Below the pieces are notes generated by a model that saw nothing but the letters and a program-made list of their open reading frames with translations, was not told the origin of the DNA and made no database searches. Below are positions 17,467 through 26,585 of a stretch of DNA of 64,000 nt, one piece after another. Source of the DNA: Vulcanimicrobiaceae bacterium (GTDB taxonomy: Bacteria; Vulcanimicrobiota; Vulcanimicrobiia; Vulcanimicrobiales; Vulcanimicrobiaceae); the NCBI GenBank assembly GCA_052267165.1, contig JBKQHO010000007.1, positions 50,180 to 114,179 of the forward strand. The letters run 5' to 3'. The position numbers were made by a program, and so were the translations under genes. Numbering within the stretch: position 1 is the stretch's first letter; the number at the start of each line of letters is the position of its first letter.

Positions 17467-18675
17467 TCAGAGCCAGCGCAGCCGGATGGTGCTGCGCGGG
17501 CGCTCGAGGACCAGGTCGCCGGCGAGGCCCGGAGCTCGCTCGAACGCGACGGTGACCTGCATGCGCCCGAGCGGAGGGCGCCCCGCGGCGTTCCAGCCGT
17601 CGAGGTCGGCACACAGCCTGGCCGCCGGATCGCTTGCTCCGTATCCGCGAATCCGGACTTCGCCGAGCGGGCCCAGCACGAAGAGGCCAAGGCCCCGCGG
17701 GGCCGCGTACCCAAACGTCATCGCGCTCTCCGCGGGCTCGTCTCCCCAGCCGATCACGCTCGGGACGATCCCGGACTCGAAGGCGCTTCCGAAAGCCGTC
17801 AGCACGGAAAACTCGGGCCGGCGAACGTCGACCCAGTGAGCCGCGTCGTCGAGCTCCGCCAGGCTGACCGAGGCGACTCGGTCGCTCGTCGGCCCGGCGC
17901 GCAGGAAGCGCCACGCCTCGCCCGCGCTCAGGCCGCCGGCGGACGCGGTGCGAACGAAGAACGGCGCATCGCTCAAGCGGGAGCTGCAAGTGGCGTGCTG
18001 CGCCGCGCCGCGCAGGGGGATAAAGGCGGTGCCGGCGCACGAGCTGCTGAGCAAGGTCTCGCCGCGGCGTTCGAAGCCGACGCACAGCTGAAGCGCGCCG
18101 AGCTCGAGCGGGACGACCAGCCGCCCCCCCTCGCGCAGCGAGGCAAACCACTGCGGGCTCACTTCGGACGCCGAGACGGTCACCATGATTCGGTCGAACG
18201 ACTCGACCAGCTCGTCGAGCCGCTCGGCATCGGCGGCGAGCAGCGTCAGGGCCCCGTCGCGACCGGCCAGCCGCGCGCGGGCAGCTTCGACGAGCTCGGG
18301 GTCGATGTCGAGCGAGGTCACGGAGCCGTACCGGCCGGTCAGCGTCGCCAGCAGCGCGGCGTTGTAGCCGCTTCCCGTCCCGATCTCCAGGACGCGGTCG
18401 CCTTCGCGCACCGCGAGCTGCTCGAACATGATCGCCATCATCGACGGCTGCGACGACGTGCTGAGCACCTCGTCGCCGAACGTCTTGATCACGACGCTGC
18501 GGTCCGCGTACACCTCGGCGAGCGGCAGACCGGGGAGGAACAGCTCGCGCGGCACGGCCATGAAAGCCGCTTCGACGCGCCGCGAACGCAAGACGCCGCG
18601 CCGGCGCATCGCGTCGACGAGCCGGCGACGGCGGGCGGACCCTTCTAACTCCGGCACGGCGCCTCGCCCGCTCAC
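17467..18675 (-). CDS. protein-L-isoaspartate O-methyltransferase-like enzyme with ~190-aa C-terminal extension
   Basis: 402 aa. N-terminal PIMT pattern: ...VPRELFLP...SQPSMMAIMFE...VLEIGTGSGYNAALLA. The C-terminal half has no motif I recognise. Confidence 0.8.
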   Translation of the reverse strand: MSGRGAVPELEGSARRRRLVDAMRRRGVLRSRRVEAAFMAVPRELFLPGLPLAEVYADRSVVIKTFGDEVLSTSSQPSMMAIMFEQLAVREGDRVLEIGTGSGYNAALLATLTGRYGSVTSLDIDPELVEAARARLAGRDGALTLLAADAERLDELVESFDRIMVTVSASEVSPQWFASLREGGRLVVPLELGALQLCVGFERRGETLLSSSCAGTAFIPLRGAAQHATCSSRLSDAPFFVRTASAGGLSAGEAWRFLRAGPTSDRVASVSLAELDDAAHWVDVRRPEFSVLTAFGSAFESGIVPSVIGWGDEPAESAMTFGYAAPRGLGLFVLGPLGEVRIRGYGASDPAARLCADLDGWNAAGRPPLGRMQVTVAFERAPGLAGDLVLERPRSTIRLRWL

Positions 18676-18691
18676 GTAACCCGGCGGATCG

Positions 18692-20131
18692 CTACAGAAT
18701 GTACGTGCTCAGATTCGCGTTCTGCACGATCTCGGCCAGCCGCGTCTTGACGTACTCCGCATCGACGACGACGCGTCCGGCCTCTTCGGGCGCGGCAAAC
18801 GCGACGTCTTCGAGCAGCCGCTCGAGCACCGTGTGCAGCCGGCGCGCGCCGATGTTCTCGCTTTGCTCGTTGACGCGCATCGCGTACATCGCGAGCTGCT
18901 CGATGCCGTCGGGGCTGAACTCGAGCTCGACGCCTTCGACTGCGAGCAGCTGGCGATACTGTTCGGTCAGCGCGTTCTTCGGCTGGGTGAGGATCGTCTT
19001 GAAGTCGTCGATCGAAAGCGAGTCGAGCTCGACCCGGATCGGGAAGCGCCCTTGCAGCTCCGGAATGAGATCCGAGGGTTTGCTCATGTGAAACGCGCCG
19101 GCCGCGATGAACAGAATGTGATCGGTCTTGATCGGACCGTACTTGGTGGTGACGTTGCTGCCCTCGACGATCGGCAGGATGTCGCGTTGCACGCCCTCGC
19201 GCGAGACGTCGGGCCCGCGACCGCCTTCGCGTCCCGCGACCTTGTCGATCTCGTCGATGAAGATGATGCCGTTCTCGCCGGCGCGGCGCAGCGCTTCGCG
19301 CTTGATCGCGTCCATGTCGATCAGCTTGTTGGCTTCTTCTTGCGCGAAAATGCGGCGCGCTTCGGCGACCGTCACGCGCTTTGAGCTGCGCTTCTTGGGC
19401 AACAGGCCTCCGAGCATCTCGCCCATGTCGACGCCGCCGCCCATCGACGGATCCATCCCGCCGCCCATCATGCCGAGCGGCAACGAGGGCGCTTCTTCGA
19501 TCTCGACGTCGACCAGGCGCACGTCGTAGAAGCCACGCAACACGTCCTCGCGCGCCTGATCGCGAATGGCGCGCGCGTTCTCGGGCAACGTCGCGGTCTG
19601 CGCCGACTGCGGCTGCGCGGCGGGCTGCTGTGGAAAAGCGTTGCCGAAGATCGAGCCGAGCGTTGCGCTGAACGCGTTCATCGGCGCTTGCGCCGACGGT
19701 GGCCGCGTCTCGGGAAAGAGCAGGTCGATGACGCGCTCGACCGCCGCCGCGTCGGCCGCCTCGCGCACTTCGGCGCGGCGCTCTTCCTGTAACATACGCA
19801 CCGCGGCCTCGACCAGATCGCGAACCATCGACTCGACGTCGCGCCCGACGTAGCCGACCTCGGTGTACTTCGTCGCCTCGACCTTCACGAAGGGAGCGCC
19901 CGTGAGTGCAGCCAGCCGGCGCGCGATCTCGGTCTTGCCGACGCCGGTCGGCCCGATCATCAGGATGTTCTTGGGGATGATCTCGCCGCGCATCTCCGGG
20001 CCCAAGCGGTCGCGCCGGTAGCGGTTGCGCATCGCGATCGCCACCGAGCGCTTCGCCTTGGCCTGTCCGACGATGTAGCGATCGAGCTCCGCGACGATCT
20101 GCCGCGGCGTCAGCTCCACTGCGGTCATCAT
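18692..20131 (-). CDS. hslU: ATP-dependent protease ATPase subunit HslU
   Basis: IVGQAKAKRSVAIAMRNRYRR; Walker A GPTGVGKTEIARRLA; Walker B GIIFIDEIDK. True start is MMTAVEL (ATG 20131), overlapping the M20 stop as ATGA. The 737-aa ORF-track version carries a spurious Arg-rich extension. Confidence 0.95.
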   Translation of the reverse strand: MMTAVELTPRQIVAELDRYIVGQAKAKRSVAIAMRNRYRRDRLGPEMRGEIIPKNILMIGPTGVGKTEIARRLAALTGAPFVKVEATKYTEVGYVGRDVESMVRDLVEAAVRMLQEERRAEVREAADAAAVERVIDLLFPETRPPSAQAPMNAFSATLGSIFGNAFPQQPAAQPQSAQTATLPENARAIRDQAREDVLRGFYDVRLVDVEIEEAPSLPLGMMGGGMDPSMGGGVDMGEMLGGLLPKKRSSKRVTVAEARRIFAQEEANKLIDMDAIKREALRRAGENGIIFIDEIDKVAGREGGRGPDVSREGVQRDILPIVEGSNVTTKYGPIKTDHILFIAAGAFHMSKPSDLIPELQGRFPIRVELDSLSIDDFKTILTQPKNALTEQYRQLLAVEGVELEFSPDGIEQLAMYAMRVNEQSENIGARRLHTVLERLLEDVAFAAPEEAGRVVVDAEYVKTRLAEIVQNANLSTYIL

Positions 20132-21513
20132 GCCAGAGCCTCCGCCAACTCGTCGTACAGGTACGCCATCGTTTCGATCCCGCCGAAGAACTGCGAGAGG
20201 TCGAACTTCTCGTTCGGCGCGTGAATTGCGTCGTCGGGAAGGCCGACGCCGATCAGCACTTGCGGCAGGTGCAGGATCCGGTCGAACGACGAGACCGGGC
20301 CGATCGTGCCGCCGTTGCCGATGAAGACGGGCGGCTTGCCGAAGCCGCGCTGCATCGCGCGAGCCGCGGCCATGACCGCGGGGTGTTCGCGCGAGGTGGT
20401 CACCGCGCGCACGTCGCCGTGCGACTCGACCGTCACGCTGACGCCGGGCGGAGCGACGCGTTCGAGGTGCTCGCTCACGACGCGCTTGACGTGCTCGGGA
20501 TCTTGGCCTTCGACCAGCCGCGCCGACAGCTTTGCCTTGGCGTAACTCGGCACGATCGTCTTCGAACCGGGGCCTTGGTAACCGCCCCAGATGCCGTTGC
20601 ACTCGAGCGTCGGGCGAAACCAGGCGCGTTCGAGCGGCGGCCGCTCGCGTTCGCCGCCGGCCAGCTCGCGCACGCCGAGCGCGTGCGCTTCGCGCGCGGC
20701 ATCGTAGGGCAGCCACGAGAGCTCGGCGCGCTCGCGCGCGCTCAGCTCGCCGAGGCCGTCGTAAAAACCGGCGACGGCGATCTGCCCGCGCTCGCCTCGC
20801 AAGGTTGCGAGCATCTTGGCCAGCGCCTCGATGGGATTGGTGACCAGCCCCCCGAAGTAACCGGAGTGCAGGTCGGTCGCGGGTCCGCGCACCGTCACTT
20901 CCCATCCGACCAGGCCGCGCAACGAGACGGTCAGCGAAGGAACGTCTTCAGCGAAGACGGCGGTGTCGGAGACGACGACGACGTCACACGCGAGCCGCTC
21001 GCGCTCCTTGGCGAGAAACGACTCGAAGTTCGGCGAGCCGACCTCTTCTTCGCCTTCGATGACGACCTTGACGTTGATCGGGAGCTTGCCGCGCACGCGC
21101 AGGTGCGCTTCGATGGCGGCGAGATGCATCAGCACTTGGCCCTTGTCGTCGACCGCGCCGCGGCCGAAGAGCTTGCCGTCGCGCACGGTTCCCACGAAGG
21201 GCGGTGACTCCCAAAGCTCGAGCGGATCCTCGGGCTGCACGTCGTGATGGCCGTAGATCAACACGGTCGGCGCGCCCGGCGCTTTGAGCCACGAACCGTA
21301 GGCAACCGGCAGCCCGTCGGTTTCGAGCACCTGGGCCTCGTCGAGTCCGGCCGCGCGCATCCGTGCCGCTGCGGTCTCGGCGGAACGCCGAACCTCGGCG
21401 TGCCGCGCGGGATCGTTCGAGACCGAAGGACATGCGATCCAGGCCGTCAGCTCGTTGAGGTAGCGGTCACGGTTTGCCCGGAGAAACTCGATGAGACGGT
21501 CGCTGACGATCAT
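20128..21513 (-). CDS. M20-family metallopeptidase (dipeptidase/ArgE-DapE-like)
   Basis: 461 aa. IYGHHDVQP, GRGAVDDKG and EGEEEVGS metal-ligand motifs. Confidence 0.85.
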   Translation of the reverse strand: MIVSDRLIEFLRANRDRYLNELTAWIACPSVSNDPARHAEVRRSAETAAARMRAAGLDEAQVLETDGLPVAYGSWLKAPGAPTVLIYGHHDVQPEDPLELWESPPFVGTVRDGKLFGRGAVDDKGQVLMHLAAIEAHLRVRGKLPINVKVVIEGEEEVGSPNFESFLAKERERLACDVVVVSDTAVFAEDVPSLTVSLRGLVGWEVTVRGPATDLHSGYFGGLVTNPIEALAKMLATLRGERGQIAVAGFYDGLGELSARERAELSWLPYDAAREAHALGVRELAGGERERPPLERAWFRPTLECNGIWGGYQGPGSKTIVPSYAKAKLSARLVEGQDPEHVKRVVSEHLERVAPPGVSVTVESHGDVRAVTTSREHPAVMAAARAMQRGFGKPPVFIGNGGTIGPVSSFDRILHLPQVLIGVGLPDDAIHAPNEKFDLSQFFGGIETMAYLYDELAEALA

Positions 21514-21597
21514 ACGCCCGAGGCTTCGGCGGACGGCGGAAATGTCCGCGACTCGCGCAGGCCTGCTTGCTTCATGCCGTCGGACGCGCGCATGCCG

Positions 21598-22128
21598 TCA
21601 CACCACTTCCACGACGATGTCGTCGTTGGTGTAGATGTCGATCTTCGAGGCGATCCGCAGCGCCTCGCGAGCGATCGTCTCGGCGTCGAGCGAACTGAAG
21701 CGGAGCAACGCCGTCGCCGCAGCCTGCGCGTAGGGGCCGCCGCTGCCGATCGCGGCGATGCCCTCGTCGGGTTCGAGCACGTCACCGTTTCCGCTGATGA
21801 CGAAGAGGTGGTCGGTGTTGCCCACGATCAGCAGCGCCTCGAGGCGGCGCAGCGCGCGATCTTGACGCCAATCCTTGGCCAGCTCGACGGCGGCGCGAAC
21901 CACGTTCGACTTGTACTCGGAGAGCTTGTTCTCGAACTTCTCGAGCAGCGTGATGCCGTCCGCCGCGGAGCCGGCGAACCCCGCCAGCACGCTGCCTCCG
22001 GCGATGCGCCGCACCTTGTGAGCGCTGTGCTTCATGATCGTCTTGTCGAACGTGACTTGGCCGTCGCCCGCGATCGCGAGCCGCCCGTCGCGGCGCACGG
22101 CCAGAATCGTCGTCGAGTGAGTCAGCAT
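21598..22128 (-). CDS. hslV: ATP-dependent protease peptidase subunit HslV
   Basis: [26 protein letters not shown]; N-terminal Thr nucleophile after a short propeptide. Start taken at the internal Met (22128). Confidence 0.9.
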   Translation of the reverse strand: MLTHSTTILAVRRDGRLAIAGDGQVTFDKTIMKHSAHKVRRIAGGSVLAGFAGSAADGITLLEKFENKLSEYKSNVVRAAVELAKDWRQDRALRRLEALLIVGNTDHLFVISGNGDVLEPDEGIAAIGSGGPYAQAAATALLRFSSLDAETIAREALRIASKIDIYTNDDIVVEVV

Positions 22129-22198
22129 GCGTCTTGGTATCCCACGCGTGCCTCGAGGTTCCATCCCAGCCGCGCGCTCGCGGCGCCTAGCTCCTCGT

Positions 22199-23605
22199 TT
22201 AGCGTGCCGCCGCGTGCGGTTCAGCCGGCGTCTCGAACGCGCTGCGCCAGGCTTCCAGCTTCGCCAGCGCGCGTTCGGCCATCAACCGGCGCCGCTCGCG
22301 TTTGTCGCGCGGGGCGCCTGGCAAGGCCGGGAAATAGGCCCAGGTCACGTTGGCCGGTTGGAAGTCGCCGGTCTGCTGGTTTTGCAAGTGCGCGATCAGC
22401 GCGCCGAGCGCCGTTTCTTCCGGCACGGAAAGCGGCGGGAGCCCGGCAAGCACACGGACCGCGGCCAGCGCAGCCAGTGCACCGCAGCCCGCAGCCTCGA
22501 CGTAACCTTCCGCGCCCGTAATCTGCCCCGCCAGCCATAGCCGCTCGGTGCCGCGCACCCGCAGATCCGGCAGCAGGCAGCGCGGCGAATCGACGAACGC
22601 GTTGCGGTGCATGACGCCCAAGCGAAGCCACTCGGCCTGCGCGAACCCCGGAAGCTTGCCGAACGCTTCCTTTTGCGCGGGCCACGTCAGCCGCGTCTGA
22701 AAGCCGACGAGGTTGTACGCGCTCCCGGCCAGGTTCTCTTTGCGCAGTTGGACGACGGCGTAGGGTAGCTTGCCGGTCCGCGGATCGCGCAATCCGACTG
22801 GCTTGAGGGGACCGTAGCGCAACACGTCGTCGCCGCGCGCCGCCATCTCCTCGATCGGCAGACACCCCTCGAAATAGGGCACGCGTCCGGCGGCCGCGTC
22901 CGTCTCGAACTCCTTGGGCTGGTGCTTGGGAAGCTCGCGCAGATCGCGCACTAGCGTCGCGTACTGCTCGCGGTCGAGCGGCACGTTGAGGTAGTCGGCG
23001 CCGTCGCCCTTGTCGTAGCGCGACTTGGCATACATTTGATTGCGGTCGAGCGACTCGGTCGCGACGATCGGAGAAGCGGCGTCATAGTAATGAAGCCGTG
23101 GACCGCGGCGCTCGCGCGCGTCGCAGGGCACGGCCGCCAGCGCAGCATCGAGCGCCGAAGAGAGCGGCTCCGAAGGCAGCGGGCCGCACGCGACGACCGT
23201 CGCCTGCTCGAGATCGAGCGCCGTCACCTCTTCCCGCCGCAGCTGCACGCGCGGGTGCGCACGCAGGCGCGCTTCGATCAGCGCCGAGAACCGCTCGCGA
23301 TCGACCGCGAGCGCGCCGCCGGCCGGAACCGCGCTTTCGCGAGCTGCCGAGATGACGAGCGACCCCAAACGCGCCAGCTCTTCTTTGAGCAAGCCGACCG
23401 CGTTCTCGAGCGACGCCCCGCGTAGCGAGTTGCTGCACACCAGTTCGGCCAGCGCGTCGGTCTTGTGCGCGGGCCCGCGCTTGTGGGGGCGCATCTCGTA
23501 GAGCTCGACGTCGAGCCCGCGCTCGGCCGCCTGCCACGCCGCCTCACACCCCGCCAGCCCCCCACCGACGACGCGCAAGGATGCGCTAGTGCCGGGCGGG
23601 GTCAC
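22199..23605 (-). CDS. trmFO: methylenetetrahydrofolate--tRNA-(uracil54-C5)-methyltransferase TrmFO
   Basis: FAD fold [16 protein letters not shown] plus TrmFO-typical ...CSNSLR... and ...[16 protein letters not shown] at 23605 chosen; the ORF-track start at 23680 would overlap topA. Confidence 0.9.
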   Translation of the reverse strand: MTPPGTSASLRVVGGGLAGCEAAWQAAERGLDVELYEMRPHKRGPAHKTDALAELVCSNSLRGASLENAVGLLKEELARLGSLVISAARESAVPAGGALAVDRERFSALIEARLRAHPRVQLRREEVTALDLEQATVVACGPLPSEPLSSALDAALAAVPCDARERRGPRLHYYDAASPIVATESLDRNQMYAKSRYDKGDGADYLNVPLDREQYATLVRDLRELPKHQPKEFETDAAAGRVPYFEGCLPIEEMAARGDDVLRYGPLKPVGLRDPRTGKLPYAVVQLRKENLAGSAYNLVGFQTRLTWPAQKEAFGKLPGFAQAEWLRLGVMHRNAFVDSPRCLLPDLRVRGTERLWLAGQITGAEGYVEAAGCGALAALAAVRVLAGLPPLSVPEETALGALIAHLQNQQTGDFQPANVTWAYFPALPGAPRDKRERRRLMAERALAKLEAWRSAFETPAEPHAAAR

Positions 23606-23645
23606 GACGACCCTCCAGCCCGGCCGACGCGCAAGGCCATGCCCT

Positions 23646-25811
23646 TCAGACCTCGACCGGATCAGGCTCCCGCTCGGCATCGGCCGCGCCCGATGCGCCG
23701 AGCGACGAGACGTCGTGCGTGCGGTCGGCCGCGCATTCGAGGGTCTTCACGCCGCGCTTCGACTTCGCGACCACGTACGAGCCGCAGACCGGGCAAGGCT
23801 CCGGAACGACCCGGTCCCACGAGACGAAGTCGCAGGCCGGATAGTTGGCGCAGCCGTAGAAGGTGCGGCCGCGCCGCGACTTGCGCTCGACAACCTTGCC
23901 GCCGTCCTTGGGGCAGAGCGCTCCGGTATCTTTGAGGATTGGTTTGGTCGTCTTGCACTCGGGATAGCCCGAGCACGAGATGAAGCGCCCGAAGCGGCCC
24001 GTCTTGATGACCATCGGACGCCCGCACTTCTCGCAGATCTCGTCGGTCGGCTCGTCTTTGAGCTCGAGCTTGGGCAAGAGCCGCTCCGCCTGCTCGAGAT
24101 CGCGCTCGAAGGCGCCGTAGAATCGGCGCAGGACTTCGACCCAGTCTTCCTTGTGTTCGGCTACTCCGTCGAGCTCGCTCTCCATTTTCGCCGTGTACTG
24201 CAAGTTCATGATGTCCTTGAAGTGCTCGGCGAGCAGATCGTTGACCGCGGTGCCGATCTCGGTCGGTCGAAAGCGGCGCTCGATCTGCTGGACGTAGTGC
24301 CTGGCCTGAATCGTCTCGACGATCGAGCTGTAGGTCGACGGGCGGCCGATGCCGTTCTCCTCGAGCGCGCGCACCAGGGTCGCTTCCGTGTAGCGCGGCG
24401 GCGGTTCGGTGAAGTGCTGCTTGGGATCGATCGAGCGCTTCTCGAGCGCATTGCCCCGTTCGAGCGGCGGCAGCAGCAACCGCGCCTTCTCATTCTTGCC
24501 GCTGGGCGCTTCGGCCACGGCGTCGTCGTCGCGGCCCTCCACGTATACTTTCGTGTAGCCCGCGAACTTGAGCACGCTGCCGGTCGCGCGGAACAGGTAG
24601 CGCGCGGTTCCCCGGATCGGCTTCGCCGCGATGTCGACCGAGGTTTGATCGAAGATCGCCGCCGCCATCTGCGAGGCGATGAAGCGCTCCCAGATGAGCT
24701 GATAGAGCTTGAGCTCGTCGCGCTTGAGGATTCCGGCGAGCGACTGCGGCGTGCGCATCACAGAGGTCGGGCGAATCGCCTCGTGCGCATCCTGCGCACC
24801 CTCGCGCAACTTGAACTGGCGCCCGACGTCTGCGTACTGCTCGCCGTAGGTCTCCACGACGTAGGCCTTGGCGCCCTCCCGGGCCGTCTCCGAGATGCGG
24901 GTCGAGTCGGTGCGCATGTAGGTGATGAGCCCTTGCGTGCCCTCGGCGCCGAGGTCGACGCCTTCGTACAGAGCTTGAGCGAGCTGCATCGTCTTGCGCA
25001 CGCGGAAGCGGAGTTTGCGGGACGCCTCTTGTTGCAGGGTCGAGGTGGTGAACGGCGCGGCCGGGTTGCGCCGAACCTCGCGCTGCTTGACCGCGACGAC
25101 CGAGAAGGCCGCGTCCTGCAGATCGGCCACGATTTGGTCGGCCCGGCCGCCGTTGGTGACCTCGGCCTTTTCGCCGTCTATCTCGCTCAGTTCCGCCGGA
25201 AAGACGATGCTGTCGCCGGCCTTGTGGAGCTGCGCCGCAATCGTCCAGTACTCGCGCGGAACGAAGCGCTCGATCTCGCGCTCGCGATCGACGATCAGCT
25301 TGACGGCGACGGACTGCACGCGCCCGGCGGATAGCCCGCCGCGCACCTTGGCCCAGAGCAGCGGCGAGATCTTGTACCCGACGAGCCGGTCGAGGATGCG
25401 TCGCGCCTGTTGCGCGTTGACGCGATCCATGTCGATCTCGTGCGGGTCGGCGAGCGCCTTGAGCGCCGCCTCCTTGGTGATCTCGTGCAGTTCGATGCGC
25501 TTGGGATGGTCGAGCTTGAGGAGCTCCGCCAGATGCCAGGCGATCGCCTCGCCTTCCCGATCGGGGTCGGTCGCCAGGAACACATCGCTCGCCGACTTCG
25601 TCGCATTCTTGAGGTCCTTGATGATGTCGCCCTTGCCCTTGATCGTGAGGTACTTGGGCTGGAACCCGTGCTCGACGTCGACGCCGAGGGTACTCTTGGG
25701 CAGGTCCCGGACGTGCCCCACCGAGGCTTTGACGACAAAACGAGGCGGCAAGAACTTCTTGATCGTGCGCGCTTTCGTCGGCGACTCGACGATGATCAGC
25801 GGCTTCTTCAA
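23646..25811 (-). CDS. topA: DNA topoisomerase I
   Basis: 721 aa. Toprim N-terminus IIVESPTKARTIKKFL. C-terminal Zn-ribbons CEKCGRPMV...CSGYPEC and CPKDGG...CANYPAC. TTG start preceded by GAGGGAG. Confidence 0.95.
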   Translation of the reverse strand: MKKPLIIVESPTKARTIKKFLPPRFVVKASVGHVRDLPKSTLGVDVEHGFQPKYLTIKGKGDIIKDLKNATKSASDVFLATDPDREGEAIAWHLAELLKLDHPKRIELHEITKEAALKALADPHEIDMDRVNAQQARRILDRLVGYKISPLLWAKVRGGLSAGRVQSVAVKLIVDREREIERFVPREYWTIAAQLHKAGDSIVFPAELSEIDGEKAEVTNGGRADQIVADLQDAAFSVVAVKQREVRRNPAAPFTTSTLQQEASRKLRFRVRKTMQLAQALYEGVDLGAEGTQGLITYMRTDSTRISETAREGAKAYVVETYGEQYADVGRQFKLREGAQDAHEAIRPTSVMRTPQSLAGILKRDELKLYQLIWERFIASQMAAAIFDQTSVDIAAKPIRGTARYLFRATGSVLKFAGYTKVYVEGRDDDAVAEAPSGKNEKARLLLPPLERGNALEKRSIDPKQHFTEPPPRYTEATLVRALEENGIGRPSTYSSIVETIQARHYVQQIERRFRPTEIGTAVNDLLAEHFKDIMNLQYTAKMESELDGVAEHKEDWVEVLRRFYGAFERDLEQAERLLPKLELKDEPTDEICEKCGRPMVIKTGRFGRFISCSGYPECKTTKPILKDTGALCPKDGGKVVERKSRRGRTFYGCANYPACDFVSWDRVVPEPCPVCGSYVVAKSKRGVKTLECAADRTHDVSSLGASGAADAEREPDPVEV

Positions 25812-25862
25812 ACTCCCTCGTCCCTTGGGCCCATGGTCCCGGCGGCTGGCGAAAACGCCCTA

Positions 25863-25892
25863 AGTATAGCGCCGCCGTCAAGCCGGGCGCAA
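25863..25892 (-). promoter_or_regulatory. candidate sigma70-type promoter of topA
   Basis: Minus strand reads TTGCGC-18 nt-TATACT, about 45 nt upstream of the topA start. Motif match only. Confidence 0.3.
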
Positions 25893-25932
25893 AGACCGGG
25901 CCCCGGACGGAGACCAGAACGAGCGCTCGGGC

Positions 25933-25980
25933 GCGCTCCCGGATGCGCTCCCGGATGCGCTCCCGGAGACACTCCCGGAG
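25933..25980. repeat. 12-nt tandem direct repeat x4 (GCGCTCCCGGAT/G), with degenerate copies on both sides
   Basis: GCGCTCCCGGAT GCGCTCCCGGAT GCGCTCCCGGAG ACACTCCCGGAG. It sits in the divergent intergenic region between topA and the H1-like gene. Confidence 0.85.
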
Positions 25981-26112
25981 GCGCTCGGAATGCTTCCGCG
26001 CGTGCCGTTGCGCGCCCGCGCGCGAGCGCAAAGACGATGCGCGCACTCGCAACGTTTCAGTCCTCGCGACGCAACGCGCGGGCGGCGACCGATCACAAAA
26101 AATAGCGCCAAT

Positions 26113-26140
26113 CTTGCATAATCTCGCGTTGCAGTATAAG
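26113..26140 (+). promoter_or_regulatory. candidate promoter of the H1-like gene
   Basis: CTTGCA-16 nt-TATAAG inside an AT-rich island. GAGGAGG lies 7 nt before the GTG start at 26221. Confidence 0.3.
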
Positions 26141-26220
26141 ATGCAGCAAAAGGCGTTGACACGGATTGTTTACGCCTCACACGCGCGATCGTCCCAATTG
26201 CGGACGAGGAGGCATACTGG

Positions 26221-26523
26221 GTGACTGAACTGTTAGATCAGAGCGGCGATGCGACGAGCGCCGAGGCGCCGGCCACCGAACCCCGCCGCAAGGCCACGCG
26301 CAAGAAAGCCACGCGCAAAAAGGCCGCCGCCAAGAAGGCGCCCGGGCGCAAGAAGGCCGCCGCCAAGAAGACCACCCGTAAGAAGGCCGCAGCCAAAAAG
26401 GCACCCGCTCGCAAGAAGGCCGCCGCCAAGAAGACCACCCGCAAGAAGGCGACCGGCGGACGCAAGAAGGCCGCCGCCAAGAAGACCACCCGCAAGAAGG
26501 CCACGCGCAAGAAGAAAGTCTAG
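26221..26523 (+). CDS. histone H1-like Lys/Ala-rich nucleoid protein
   Basis: 100 aa. Acidic N-terminus, then RKKAAAKK(APG/TT) repeats to the end. Strong SD. The coding DNA is itself tandemly repetitive. Confidence 0.75.
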   Translation: MTELLDQSGDATSAEAPATEPRRKATRKKATRKKAAAKKAPGRKKAAAKKTTRKKAAAKKAPARKKAAAKKTTRKKATGGRKKAAAKKTTRKKATRKKKV

Positions 26524-26550
26524 CGCCCCACGTTTCGCCGGTTCGGCAAA

Positions 26551-26585
26551 AGAAGAGCGATCGTCAACGATCGCTCTTCTTTTTC
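26551..26585. terminator. bidirectional rho-independent terminator
   Basis: Perfect 13-bp stem AGAAGAGCGATCG-tcaa-CGATCGCTCTTCT, flanked by AAAA on the 5' side and TTTTT on the 3' side. It lies between convergent genes. Confidence 0.8.

Noticed and set aside
16831-18648. 605-aa + strand ORF antisense to def and the PIMT-like gene
   Set aside because: Low-complexity Arg/Asp/Ala composition, and it is antisense to two genes with clear catalytic motifs.
17467-18675. FxLD-type or other RiPP biosynthetic cluster around the PIMT-like methyltransferase
   Set aside because: No precursor-peptide ORF and no lanthionine synthetase, cyclase or protease within the flanking genes, which are hslU and def. 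Only the enzyme architecture is reminiscent.
18692-20905. 737-aa version of hslU, and similar long versions of other genes (38432-39544, 39253-40530, 30920-31861, 47572-49857, 48600-51311, 22199-23680)
   Set aside because: The N-terminal extensions are Arg-rich, overlap the upstream gene, and precede internal starts that form ATGA/GTGA overlaps or have SD sequences. I trimmed these to the internal starts.
25933-25980. Possible CRISPR array
   Set aside because: The repeats are 12 nt, contiguous with no spacers, and there are no cas genes. This is a simple tandem repeat.
23589-26052. 581-aa (+) and 520-aa (-) ORFs overlapping topA and its upstream region
   Set aside because: Off-frame high-GC artefacts. 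The ERIRERIRER stretch in the 520-aa ORF is simply the translated 12-nt DNA tandem repeat.
26238-26510. 90-aa antisense ORF (FLRVVFLAAAFLR...) opposite the H1-like gene
   Set aside because: It is the mirror translation of the Lys/Ala repeat. The + strand gene has a strong SD, an acidic head and a terminator.
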